A DNA stretch of 64,000 bases from the human T2T-CHM13v2.0 reference genome, Homo sapiens: the NCBI RefSeq assembly GCF_009914755.1, contig NC_060933.1; one strand, written 5' to 3'. The position numbers were made by a program, and so were the translations under genes. Positions 30,056-45,200 of the stretch are shown here, piece by piece (within the stretch, counting starts at the first letter, position 1; every line of letters starts with the position of its first letter). The notes under the pieces were generated by a model. That model did not search any database. It was given only the letters and a program-made list of their open reading frames with translations, and was not told the DNA's origin.

Positions 30056-33000
30056 TAACCCGAATAGAATGGAATGGAATGGAATGGAACGGAACGGAAT
30101 GGAATGGAATGGAATGGAATGGAATGGTATGGAATGGAATGGAATAGTACGGAATAGAATGGAATGGAACGAATTGTAATGGAATGGAATCGAATGGAAT
30201 GGAATGGAATGGAATGGAATGGAATCAACGCGAGTGCAGGGGAATGTAATGGAACGGAATGTAATGGAATGGAATCATCCGGAATGGAATGGAATGGAAT
30301 GGAATGGAATGGAATGGAATGGAATCAACCCGAGTGCAATGGAATGGAGTGGAATGGAATGGAATGGAATGGAAAAACCCGAATGGAATGGAATGTAATG
30401 GAGAGTAAGGGAGTTGAATAGAATCAATCCGAATGTAATGGAATGGAATGCAACGGAATGGAATGGAATGGAATGGAATGGAATGCAATGGAATTGAATC
30501 AACCCGAGTGCAATAGAATGGAATCGAATGGAATGGAATGCAATGGAATGGACTCAACTTGAATGGAATGGAAAGAATGGAATCAACACGAGTGGAATGG
30601 CATGGATTGGAATGGAATGGAATGGAATCAACCCGAGTACAGGGGAATGGAATGGAATGGAATGCAATGGAATGGAATCATCCGTAATGTAATGGAAAGG
30701 AATGGAATGGAATGGAATGGAATGGAATGGAATGGAATGGAGTCAACTCGATTGCAATCGAATGGAATGGAATGGAATTAACCCGAATAGAATGGAATGG
30801 AATGGAATGGAATGGAACGGAACGGAATGAAATGGAATGGAATGGAATGGAATGGAACGGAACGGAATGGAATGGAATGGAATGGAATGGAATGGAATCA
30901 ACGCGAGTGTAGGGGAATGGAATGGAATGGAATGTAATGGAATGGAATCTTCCGGAATGGAATGGAATGAAATGGAATGGAATGAAATGCAATGGATTCA
31001 ACTCGATTGCAATGGAATGGAATAGAATGGAATGGAATGGAATGGAATTAATCCGAATAGAATGGAATGGAATGGAATGGAACGGAATGGAACGGAATGG
31101 AATGGAATGGAATGGTATGGAATGGAATGGAATGGTATGGAATAGAATGGAATGGAACGAATTGTAATGGAATGGAATTGAATGGAATGGAATGGAATGG
31201 AATGGAATCAATGCGAGTGCAAGGGAATGTAATGGAACGGAATGCAATGGAATGGAATCATCCGGAATGGAATGGAATGGAATGGAATGGAATGGAATGG
31301 AATGGAATCAACCCGAGTGCAATGGAATGTAACGGAGAGTAAGGGAGTTGAATAGAATCAATCCGAATGTAATGGAATGGAATGCAACGGAATGGAATGG
31401 AATGGAATGGAATGGAATGGAATGGAATGGAATGCAATGGAATTGAATCAACCCGAGTACAATGGAATGGAATGGAATGGAATGGAATGGAATGGAATGA
31501 TACGGAATAGAATGGAATGGAACGAAATGGAATGGAATGGAATGGAATGGAATGGAATGGAATGGAATGGAATCGTTCCGAGTGGAATAGGAGGGAATGT
31601 ATTCGAGTGGAATGGAAAGGAATGGTATCAACCAGAGTGGAATGGAAGGGAATGGAATGGAATGGAAACTAATAGAATGGAATCAACCCGAGTGGAATGG
31701 AATGGAAAGGATTGGAATGGAATGGAATAGAATGGAATCAACTCGATTGTAATGGAATGGAATGGAATGGAATGGAATTAACCCGAATACATTGGAATGG
31801 AATGGAATGGAGCGGAATGGAGTGGAATGGAATGGAATCAACACGAGTGCAGGGGAATGGAATGGAATGGAATGCAATGGAATGGAATCATCCGGAATGG
31901 AATGGAATGGAATGGAATGCAAAGCAATGGAATCAACTCGATTGCAATGGAATGGAATGGAATGGAAAGGAATACATTGGAATCAACCCGAGTGGAATGG
32001 AATGGAAAGGACTGGAATGGAGTGGAATGGAATGGAATGGAATGGAATGGAATCAACTCGATTGGAATGGAATGGAATGGAATGGAATGGAATTAACCCG
32101 AATAGAATGGAATGGAATGGAATGGAACGGAACGGAACGGAATGGAATGGAATGGAATGGAATGGAATGGAATGGAATCAACCCGACTGCAGGGGAATGG
32201 AATGGAATGGAATGCAATGGAATGGATTCAACTTCAATGGAATGGAAAGAATGGAATCAACACGAGTGGAATGGCATGGATTGGAATGGAATGGAATGGA
32301 ATCAACCCGAGTACAGGGGAATGGAATGGAATGGAATGCAATGGAATGGAATCATCCGTAATGGAATGGAATGGAAAGGAATGGAATGGAATGGAATGGA
32401 ATGGAATAGAATGGAATGGAATCAACACGATTGCAATCGAATGGAATGGAATGGAATTAACCCGAATAGAATGGAACGGAATGGAATGGATTGGAATGGA
32501 ATGGAATGGAATGGAATGGAACGGAAAGGAATGGAATGGAATGGAATGGAATGGAATGGAATGGAATGGAATGGAATGGAATCAACGCGAGTGCAGGGGA
32601 ATGGAATGGAATGGAATGCAATGGAATGGAATCTTCCGGAATGGAATGGAATGGAATGGAATGGAATGGAATCAACCCGAGTGCAATGGAATGGAGTGGA
32701 ATGGAATGGAATGGAATGGAACAACCCGAATGGAATGGAATGTAATGGAGAGTAAGGGAGTTGAATAGAATCAATCCGAATGTAATGGAATGGAATGGAA
32801 CGGAATGGAATTGAATGGAATGGAATGGAATGCAACGGAATGGAATCAACCCCATTGCAATGGAATGGAGAGGAATGGAATGGAAACTACCCGAATGGAA
32901 TGGAATGTAATGGAGTGTAAGGGAATTGAATAGAATCAATCCGAATGTAAAGGAATGGAATGGAATGGAATGGAATGGAATGGAATGGAATGGAATGGAA

Positions 33001-36000
33001 TCAACCCGAGTGCAATCGAATGGAATCGAATTGAATGGAATGCAATGGAATGGACTCAACTTGAATGGAATGGAAAGAATGGAATCAACACGAGTGGAAT
33101 GGCATGGATTGGAATGGAATGGAATGGAATCAACCTGAGTACAGGGGAATGGAATGGAATGGAATGCAATGGAATGGAATCATTCGTAATGGAATGGAAA
33201 GGAATGGAATGGAATGGAATGGAATGGAATGGAATGGAATCAACTCGATTGCAATCGAATGGAATGGAATGGAATTAACCCGAATAGAATGGAATGGAAT
33301 GGAATGGAACGGAACGGAATGGAATGGAATGGAATGGAATGGAATGGTATGGAATGGAATGGAATAGTACGGAATAGAATGGAATGGAACGAATTGTAAT
33401 GGAATGGAATCGAATGGAATGGAATGGAATGGAATGGAATGGAATCAACGCGAGTGCAGGGGAATGTAATGGAACGGAATGTAATGGAATGGAATCATCC
33501 GGAATGGAATGGAATGGAATGGAATGGAATGGAATGGAATCAACCCGAGTGCAATGGAATGGAGTGGAATGGAATGGAATGGAATGGAAAAACCCGAATG
33601 GAATGGAATGTAATGGAGAGTAAGGGAGTTGAATAGAATCAATCCGAATGTAATGGAATGGAATGCAACGGAATGGAATGGAATGGAATGGAATGGAATG
33701 CAATGGAATTGAATCAACCCGAGTGCAATAGAATGGAATCGAATGGAATGGAATGCAATGGAATGGACTCAACTTGAATGGAATGGAAAGAATGGAATCA
33801 ACACGAGTGGAATGGCATGGATTGGAATGGAATGGAATGGAATCAACCCGAGTACAGGGGAATGGAATGGAATGGAATGCAATGGAATGGAATCATCCGT
33901 AATGTAATGGAAAGGAATGGAATGGAATGGAATGGAATGGAATGGAATGGAATGGAGTCAACTCGATTGCAATCGAATGGAATGGAATGGAATTAACCCG
34001 AATAGAATGGAATGGAATGGAATGGAATGGAACGGAACGGAATGAAATGGAATGGAATGGAATGGAATGGAACGGAACGGAATGGAATGGAATGGAATGG
34101 AATGGAATGGAATCAACGCGAGTGTAGGGGAATGGAATGGAATGGAATGTAATGGAATGGAATCTTCCGGAATGGAATGGAATGAAATGGATTGGAATGA
34201 AATGCAATGGATTCAACTCGATTGCAATGGAATGGAATAGAATGGAATGGAATGGAATGGAATTAATCCGAATAGAATGGAATGGAATGGAATGGAACGG
34301 AATGGAACGGAATGGAATGGAATGGAATGGTATGGAATGGAATGGAATGGTATGGAATAGAATGGAATGGAACGAATTGTAATGGAATGGAATTGAATGG
34401 AATGGAATGGAATGGAATGGAATCAACGCGAGTGCAAGGGAATGTAATGGAACGGAATGCAATGGAATGGAATCATCCGGAATGGAATGGAATGGAATGG
34501 AATGGAATGGAATGGAATGGAATCAACCCGAGTGCAATGGAATGTAACGGAGAGTAAGGGAGTTGAATAGAATCAATCCGAATGTAATGGAATAGAATGC
34601 AACGGAATGGAATGGAATGGAATGGAATGGAATGGAATGGAATGGAATGCAATGGAATTGAATCAACCCGAGTACAATGGAATGGAATGGAATGGAATGG
34701 AATGATACGGAATAGAATGGAATGGAACGAAATGGAATGGAATGGAATGGAATGGAATGGAATGGAATGGAATCGTTCCGAGTGGAATAGGAGGGAATGT
34801 ATTCGAGTGGAATGGAAAGGAATGGTATCAACCAGAGTGGAATGGAAGGGAATGGAATGGAATGGAAACTAATAGAATGGAATCAACCCGAGTGGAATGG
34901 AATGGAAAGGATTGGAATGGAATGGAATAGAATGGAATCAACTCGATTGTAATGGAATGGAATGGAATGGAATGGAATTAACCCGAATACATTGGAATGG
35001 AATGGAATGGAGCGGAATGGAGTGGAATGGAATGGAATCAACACGAGTGCAGGGGAATGGAATGGAATGGAATGCAATGGAATGGAATCATCCGGAATGG
35101 AATGGAATGGAATGGAATGCAAAGCAATGGAATCAACTCGATTGCAATGGAATGGAATGGAATGGAAAGGAATACATTGGAATCAACCCGAGTGGAATGG
35201 AATGGAAAGGACTGGAATGGAGTGGAATGGAATGGAATGGAATGGAATGGAATCAACTCGATTGGAATGGAATGGAATGGAATGGAATGGAATTAACCCG
35301 AATAGAATGGAATGGAATGGAATGGAACGGAACGGAACGGAATGGAATGGAATGGAATGGAATGGAATGGAATGGAATCAACCCGACTGCAGGGGAATGG
35401 AATGGAATGGAATGCAATGGAATGGATTCAACTTCAATGGAATGGAAAGAATGGAATCAACACGAGTGGAATGGCATGGATTGGAATGGAATGGAATGGA
35501 ATCAACCCGAGTACAGGGGAATGGAATGGAATGGAATGCAATGGAATGGAATCATCCGTAATGGAATGGAATGGAAAGGAATGGAATGGAATGGAATGGA
35601 ATGGAATAGAATGGAATGGAATCAACACGATTGCAATCGAATGGAATGGAATGGAATTAACCCGAATAGAATGGAACGGAATGGAATGGATTGGAATGGA
35701 ATGGAATGGAATGGAATGGAACGGAAAGGAATGGAATGGAATGGAATGGAATGGAATGGAATGGAATGGAATGGAATCAACGCGAGTGCAGGGGAATGGA
35801 ATGGAATGGAATGCAATGGAATGGAATCTTCCGGAATGGAATGGAATGGAATGGAATGGAATGGAATCAACCCGAGTGCAATGGAATGGAGTGGAATGGA
35901 ATGGAATGGAATGGAACAACCCGAATGGAATGGAATGTAATGGAGAGTAAGGGAGTTGAATAGAATCAATCCGAATGTAATGGAATGGAATGGAACGGAA

Positions 36001-36485
36001 TGGAATTGAATGGAATGGAATGGAATGCAACGGAATGGAATCAACCCCATTGCAATGGAATGGAGAGGAATGGAATGGAAACTACCCGAATGGAATGGAA
36101 TGTAATGGAGTGTAAGGGAATTGAATAGAATCAATCCGAATGTAAAGGAATGGAATGGAACGGAATGGAATGGAATGGAATGGAATGGAATGGAATGGAA
36201 TGGAATCAACCCGAGTGCAATCGAATGGAATCGAATTGAATGGAATGCAATGGAATGGACTCAACTTGAATGGAATGGAAAGAATGGAATCAACACGAGT
36301 GGAATGGCATGGATTGGAATGGAATGGAATGGAATCAACCTGAGTACAGGGGAATGGAATGGAATGGAATGCAATGGAATGGAATCATTCGTAATGGAAT
36401 GGAAAGGAATGGAATGGAATGGAATGGAATGGAATGGAATGGAATGGAATCAACTCGATTGCAATCGAATGGAATGGAATGGAAT
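30056..36485 (+). repeat. Recent tandem duplication, 2 x ~3.2 kb (30056-33275; 33276-36485)
   Basis: Shared markers GGAATAGTAC (30141/33361), GGAAAAACCC (30371/33586), GGAGCGGAAT (31809/35009), CAACCCCATTGC (32847/36042). Offsets 3195-3220. Confidence 0.93.
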
Positions 36486-39236
36486 TAACCCGAATAGAAT
36501 GGAATGGAATGGAATGGAACGGAACGGAAAGGAATGGAATGGATTGGAGTGGAATGGAATGGAATGGAACGGAAAGGAATGGAATGGAATGGAATGGAAT
36601 GGAATGGAATGGAATGGAATCAACGCGAGTGCAGGGGAATGGAATGGAATGGAATGCAATGGAATGGAATCAACTCGATTGGAATGGAATGGAATGGAAT
36701 GGAATGGAATGGAATGGAATAAACCCGAGTGCAATGGAATGGAGTGGAATGGAATGGAATGGAATGGAACAACCCGAATGGAATGGAATGTAATGGAGAG
36801 TAAGGGAGTTGAATAGAATAAATCCGAATGTAATGGAATGGAATGGAACGGAATGGAATTGAATGGAATGGAATGGAATGCAATGGAATGGAATCAACCC
36901 GAGTTCAATGGAATGGACAGGAATGGAATGGAATGGAATGGAAACTACCCGAATGGAATGGAATGTAATGGAGTGTAAGGGAATTGAATAGAATCAATTC
37001 GAATGTAATGGAATGGAATGGAACGGAATGGAATGGAATGGAATGGAATGGAATGGAATGGAATGGAATGCAATGGAATGGAAGCAACCCGAGTGCAATC
37101 GAATGGAATCGAATGGAATGGAATGCAATGGAATGGATTCAACTTGAATGGAATGGAAAGAATGGAATCAACACGAGTGGAATGGCATGGATTGGAATGG
37201 AATGGAATGGAATCTACCCGAGTACAGGGGAATGGAATGGAATGGAATGCAATGGAATGGAATCATCCGTAATGGAATGGAAAGGAATGGAATGGAATGG
37301 AATGGAATGGAATGGAATGGAATGGAATCAACTCGATTGCAATCGAATGGAATGGAATGGAATTAACCCGAATAGAATGGAATGGAATGGAATGGAACGG
37401 AACGGAACGGAATGGAATGGATTGGAATGGAATGGAATGGAATGGAATGGAACCGAAAGGAATGGAATGGAATGGAATGGAATGGAATCAACGCGAGTGC
37501 AGGGGAATGGAATGGAATGGAATGCAATGGAATGGAATCTTCCGGAATGGAATGGAATGGAATGGAATGGAATGGAATGGAATAAACCCGAGTGCAATGG
37601 AATGGAATGGAATGGAATGGAATGGAATGGAATGGAATGGAACGGAAAGGAAGGGAATGGAATGGAATAGAATGGAATGGAATGGAATCAACGCGAGTGG
37701 TGGGGAATGGAATGGAATGGAATGCAATGGAATGGAATCTTCCGGAATGGAATGAAATGGAATGGAATGGAATGGAATGGAATGGAATGGAATCAACCCG
37801 AGTGCAATGGAATGGAGTGGAATGGAATGGAATGGCATGGAACAACCGAAATGGAATGGAATGTAATGGAGAGTAAGGGAGTTGAATAGAATCAATCCGA
37901 ATGTAATGGAATGGAATGGAACGGAATGGAATGGAATGGAATGGAATGGAATGCAATGGAATGGAATCAACCCGAGTGCAATGGAATGGAGAGGAATGGA
38001 ATGGAATGTAATGGAAACTACCCGAATGGAATGGAATGTAATGAAGTGTAAGGGAATTGAATAGAATCAATCCGAATGTAATGGAATGGAATGGAACGGA
38101 ATGGAATGGAATGGAATGGAATGGAATGGAATGGAATGGAATGGAATGCAATGGAATGGAATCAACCCGAGTGCAATAGAATGGAATCGAATGGAATGGA
38201 ATGCAATGGAATGGATTCAACTTGAATGGAAAGGAAAGAATGGAATCAACACGAGTGGAATGGCATGGATTGGAATGGAATGGAATGGAATCAACCCGAG
38301 TACAGGGGAATGGAATGGAATGGAATGCAATTGAATGGAATCATCCCTAATGGAATGCAAAGGAATGGAATGGAATGGAATGGAATGGAATCAACTCGAT
38401 TGCAATCGAATGGAATGGAATGGAATTAACCTGAATAGAATGGAATGGAATGGAATGGAACGGAACGGAATGGAATGGAATGGAATGGAATGGAATGGAA
38501 CGGAACGGAAAGGAGTGGAATGGAATGGAATGGAATGGAATGGAATCAACGCGAGTGCAGGGGAATAGAATGGAATGGAATGCAATGGAATGGAATCTTC
38601 CGGAATGGAATGGAATTGAATGGAATGGAATGAAATGCAATGGATTCAACTCAATTGCAATGGAATGGAATAGAATGGAACGGAATGGAATGGAATGGAA
38701 TTAATCCGAATAGAATGGAATGGAATGGAATGGAACGGAATGGAACGGAATGGAATGGAATGGAATGGTATGGAATGGAATGGAATGGTACGGAATAGAA
38801 TGGAATGGAACGAATTGTAATGGAATGGAATTGAATGGAATGGAATGGAATGGAATGGAATGGAATCAACGCGAGTGCAGGGGAATGTAATGGAATGGAA
38901 TGGAATGGAATGGAATGGAATTAACCCGAATACAATGGAATGGAATGGAATGGAACGGAATGGAGTGGAATGGAATGGAATCAACCCGAGTGCAGGGGAA
39001 TGGAATGGAATGGAATGCAATGGAATGGAATCATCCGGAATGGAATGGAATGGAATGGAATGCAAAGCAATGGAATCAACTCGATTGCAATGGAATGGAA
39101 TGGAATGGAAAGGAATACATTGGAATCAACCCGAGTGGAATGGAATGCAAAGGACTGGAATGGAGTGGAATGGAATGGAATGGAATGGAATGGAATCAAC
39201 TCGATTGGAATGGAATGGAATGGAATGGAATGGAAT

Positions 39237-42200
39237 CAACCCGAGTGCAATGGAATGGAGTGGAATGGAATGGAATGGAATGGAACAACCCGAATGGAAT
39301 GGAATGTAATGGAGAGTAAGGGAGTTGAATAGAATCAATCCGAATGTAATGGAATGGAATGGAATGGAATGGAATGGAATGCAATGGAATGGAATGGAAT
39401 GGAATGCAATGGAATGGAATCAACCCGAGTGCAATCGAATGGAATCGAATTGAATGGAATGGAATGGAATGGAATGGAATGGAATGGAATCAACGCGACT
39501 GCAGGGGAATGGAATGGAATGGAATGTAATGGAATGGAATCATCCGGAATGGAATGGAATGGAATGGAATGGAATGGAATGGAATTAACCCGAATGCAAT
39601 GGAATGGAGAGGAATGGAATGGAATGGAATGGAAACTACCCGAATGGAATGGAATGTAATGGAGTGTAAGGGAATTGAATAGAATCAATCCGAAAGTAAT
39701 GGAATGGAATGGAACGGAATGGAATGGAATGGAATGGAATGGAATGGAATGGAATGCAATGGAATGGAATCAACCCGAGTGCAATCGAATGGAATCGAAT
39801 GGAATAGAATGCAATGGAATGGATTCAACTTGAATGGAATGGAAAGAATGGAATCAACACGAGTGGAATGGCGTGGATTGGAATGGAATGGAATGGAATC
39901 AACCCGAGTACAGGGGAATGGAGTGGAATGGAATGCAATGGAATGGAATCATCCGTAATGGAATGGAAAGGAATGGAATGGAATGGAATGGAATGGAATG
40001 GAATGGAATCAACTCGATTGCAATCGAATGGAATGGAATGGAATTAACCCGAATAGAATGGAGTGGAATGGAATGGAACGGAACGGAATGGAATGGAATG
40101 GAATGGAATGGAACAGAACGGAATGGAATGGATGGAATGGAATGGAATGGAATGGAATGGAATCAACGCGAGTGCAGGGGAATGGAATGGAATGGAATGT
40201 AATGGAATGGAATCTTCCGGAATGGAATGGAATGGAATGGAATGGAATGAAATGCAATGGATTCAACTCGATTGCAATGGAATGGAATAGAATGGAATGG
40301 AATGGAATGGAATGGAATGGAATGGAATTAACCCGAATAGAATGGAATGGAATGGAATGGAACGGAATGGAATGGAATGGAATGGAATGGAATGGAATGG
40401 AATGGAATGGTATGGAATGGAATGGAATGGTACGGAATAGAATGGAATGGAACGAATTGTAAAGGAATGGAATTGAATGGAATGGAATGGAATGGAGAGT
40501 AAGGGAGTTGAATAGAATCAATCCGAATGTAATGGAATGGAATGCAACGGAATGGAATGGAATGGAATGGAATGGAATGGAATGCAATGGAATTGAATCA
40601 ACCCGAGTACAATGGAATGGAATGGAATGGAATGGAATGCAATGGAATGGAATGGAATGATACGGAATAGAATGGAATGGAACGAAATGGAATGGATTGG
40701 AATGGAATGGAATGGAATGGAATCGTTCCGAGTGGAATAGGAGGGAATGTATTCGAGTGGAATGGAAAGGAATGGTATCAACCAGAGTGGAATGGAAGGG
40801 AATGGAATGGAATGGAAACTAATAGAATGGAATCAACCCGAGTGGAATGGAATGGAAAGGACTGGAATGGAATGGAATGGAATGGAATCAACTCGATTGT
40901 AATGGAATGGAATGGAATGGAATGGAATGGAATGGAATTAACCCGAATACAATGGAATGGAATGGAATGGAACGGAATGGAGTGGAATGGAATGGAATCA
41001 ACCCGAGTGCAGGGGAATGGAATGGAATGGAATGCAATGGAATGGAATCATCCGGAATGGAATGGAATGGAATGGAATGCAAAGCAATGGAATCAACTCG
41101 ATTACAATGGAATGGAATGGAATGGAAAGGAATGGAATGGAATGGAATCAACGCGAGTGCAGGGGAATGGAATGTAATGGAATGCAATGGAATGGAATCT
41201 TCCGGAATGGAATGGAATGGAATGGAATGGAATCAACCCGAGTGCAATGGAATGGAGTGGAATGGAATGGAATGGAATGGAACAACCCGAATGGAATCGA
41301 ATGTAATGGAGAGTAAGGGAGTTGAATAGAATCAATCCGAATGTAATGGCATGGAATTGAATGGAATGGAATGGAATGGAATGGAACGGAAAGGAATGGA
41401 ATGGAATGGAATGGAATGGAATGGAAAGGAATGGAATGAACGCGAGTGCAGGGGAATGGAATGGAATGGAATGCAATGGAATGGAATATTCCGGAATGGA
41501 ATGGAATGGAATGGAATGGAATGGAATAAACCCGAGTGCAATGGAATGGAGTGGAATGGAATGGAATGGTATGGAACAACCCGAATGGAATGGAATGTAA
41601 TGGAGAGTAAGGGAGTTGAATAGAATCAATCCGAATGGAATGGAATGGAATGGAACGGAATGGAATTGAATGGAATGGAATGGAATGCAATGGAATGGAA
41701 TCACCCCGAGTGCAATGGAATGGAGAGGAATGGAATGGAATGGAATGGAAACTACCCGAATGGAATGGAATGTAATGGAGCGTAAGGGAATTGAATAGAA
41801 TCAATCCGAATGTAATGGAATGGAATGGAACGGAATGGAATGGAATGGAATGGAATGGAATGGAATGGAATGCAATGGAATGGAATCAACCCGAGTGCAA
41901 TCGAATGGAATCGAATTGAATGGAATGCAATGGAATGGATTCAACTTGAATGGAAAGGAAAGAATGGAATCAACACGAGTGGAAGGGCATGGATTGGAAT
42001 GGAATGGAATGGAATCAACCCGAGTACAGGGGAATGGAATGGAATGGAATGCAATGGAATGGAATCATCCGTAATGGAATGGAAAGGAATGGAATGGAAT
42101 GGAAAGGAATGGAATGGAATGGAATGGAATGGAATGGAATCAAGTCGATTGTAATCGAATGGAATGGAATGGAATTAACCCGAATAGAATGGAATGGAAT

Positions 42201-45200
42201 GGAATGGAACGGAACGGAATGGAATGGAATGGAATGGAATGGAATGGAATGGAATGGAATGGAACGGAATGGAATGGAATGGAATGGAATGGAACGGAAC
42301 GGAATGGAATGGAATGGAATGGAATCTTACGGAATGGAATGGAATGGAATGGAATGGAATGGAATGAAATGCAATGGATTCAAGTCGATTGCAATGGAAT
42401 GGAATAGAATGGAATGGAATGGAATGGAATGGAATTAATCCAAATAGAATGGAATGGAATGGAATGGAACGGAATGGAATGGAATGGAATGGTATGGAAT
42501 GGAATGGAATGGTACGGAATAGAATGGAATGAAACGAATTGTAATGGAATGTAATTGAATGGAATGGAATGGAATGGAATGGAATCAACGCGATTGCAGC
42601 GGAATGTAATGGAACGGAATGCAATGGAATGGAATCATCCGGAATGGAATGGAATGGAATGGAATGCAATCAACCTGATGCAATGGAATGGAGTGGAATG
42701 GAATGGAATGGAATGGAAACATCCCGAATGGAATGGAATGGAATTGAGTGTAAGGGAATTGAATAGAATCAATCCGAATGTAATGGAATGGAATGGAATG
42801 AAATGTAATGGAATGGAATGGAATGGAATCAACCCGAGTGCAATGGAATGGATACGAATGGAATGGAATGGAATGGAATGGATTCAACAAGAATGGAATG
42901 GAAAGGAATGGAATCAACCCGAGTGTAGTGGAATGGAATGGAACGGAATGGAATGGGATGGAATGGAATGGTACGGAATAGAATGGAATGGAATGAAATG
43001 GAATGGAATGGAATGGAATGGAATGAACCCGTGAGCAATGGAATGGAATGGAATGGAATGGAATGGATTCAACTCGAATGGAATCAACTCGATTGCAATG
43101 GAATGGAAAGGAATGGAAAGGAATAGAATGGAATCAACCCGAGTGAAATGGAATGGAAAGACTGGAATGGAGTGGAATGGAATGGAATGGAATTAACCCG
43201 AATAGAATGGAATGGAACGGAATGGAACGGAATGTAATGGAATGGAATGGAATGGAATCAACCCGAGTGCAGGGGAATGGAATGGAATGGAATGCAATGG
43301 AATGGAATCATCCAGAATGGAATGGAATGGAATGGAATGGAATGGGATGGAATCAACTCGATTTCAATGGAATGGAATGGAATAGAATGGAATGGAATTA
43401 ACAAGAATAGAATGGAATGGAATGGAATAGAATGGAACAGAAAGGAATGGAATGGAATGGAATGGAATCAACCCAAGTACAGGGGAATGGAATGGAATGG
43501 AATTCCATGGAATGGAATCATCCGAAATGGAATGGAATGTAATGGAATGGAATGGAATCAACCCGAGTGCAATGGAATGGAGAGGAATGGAATGGAATGG
43601 AATGGAAACTACCCGAATGGAATGGAATGTAATGGAGTGTAAGGGAATTGAATAGAATGAATCCGAATGGAATGGAATGGAATGGAATGGAATGGAATGG
43701 AATGGAATGGAATGGAATGCAATGCCATGGAATCAACCCGAGTGCAATCGAATGGAATCGAATGGAATGGAATGCAATGGAATGGATTCAACTTCAATGG
43801 AATGGAAAGAATGGAATCAACACGAGTGGAATGGCATGGATGGGAATGGAATGGAATGGAATCAACCCGAGTACAGGGGAATGGAATGGAATGGAATGCA
43901 ATGGAATGGAATCATCCGTAATGGATTGGAAAGTAATGGAATGGAATGGAATGGAATGGAATGGAATGGAATGGAATGGAGTCAACTCGATTGCAATCGA
44001 ATGGAATGGAATGGAATTAACCCAAATAGAATGGAATGGAATGGAATGGAATGGAACGGAACGGAATGGAATGGAATGGAATGGAATGGAACGGAACGGA
44101 ACGGAATGGAATGGAATGGAATGGAATGGAATCAACGCGAGTGCAGGGGAATGGAATGGAATGGAATGCAATGGAATGGAATCTTCCGGAATGGAATGGA
44201 ATGGAATGGAATGGAATGGAATGGAATGAAATGCAATGGATTCAACTCGATTGCAATGGAATGGAACAGAATGGAATGGAATGGAATGGAATGGAATTAA
44301 CCCGAATAGAATGGAATGGAATGCAATGGAACGGAATGGAACGGAATGGAATGGAATGGAATGGAATGGAATGGAATGGAATGGTATGGAATGGAATGGA
44401 ATGGTACGGAATAGAATGGAATGGAACGAATTGTAATGGAATGGAATTGAATGGAATGGAATGGAATCAACGCGAGTGCAGGGGAATGGAATGGAATGGA
44501 ATGCAATGGAATGGAATCATCCGGAATGGAATGGAATGGAATGGAATCAACCCGAGTGCAATGGAATGGAGTGGAATGGAATGGAATGGAATGGAACAAC
44601 CCGAATAGAATGGAATGTAATGGAGAGTAAGGGAGTTGAATAGAATCAATCCGAATGTAATGGAATGGAATGGAACGGAATGGAATTGAATGGAATGGAA
44701 TGGAATGGAATGGAATGGAATCAACTCGATTGCAATCGAATGGAATGGAATGGAATTAACCCAAATAGAATGGAATGGAATGGAATGGAACGGAACGGAA
44801 TGGAATGGAATGGAATGGAATGGAATGGAACGGAACGGAACGGAACGGAATGGAATGGAACGGAATGGAATGGAATGGAATGGAATCAATGCGAGTGCAG
44901 GGGAATGGAATGGAATGGAATGCAATGGAATGGAATCATCCGGAATGGAATGGAATGGAATGGAATGGAAGGGAATGGAATGGAATCAACTCGATTTCAA
45001 TGGAATGGAATGGAATAGAATGGAATGGAATTAACACGAATAGAATGGAATGGAATGGAATTGAATGGAACAGAAAGGAATGGAATGGAATGGAATGGAA
45101 TCAACCCACTTGCAGGGGAATGGAATGGAATGGAATTCAATGGAATGGAATCATCCGGAATGGAATGGAATGGAATGGAATGGAATGGAATGGAATGGAA

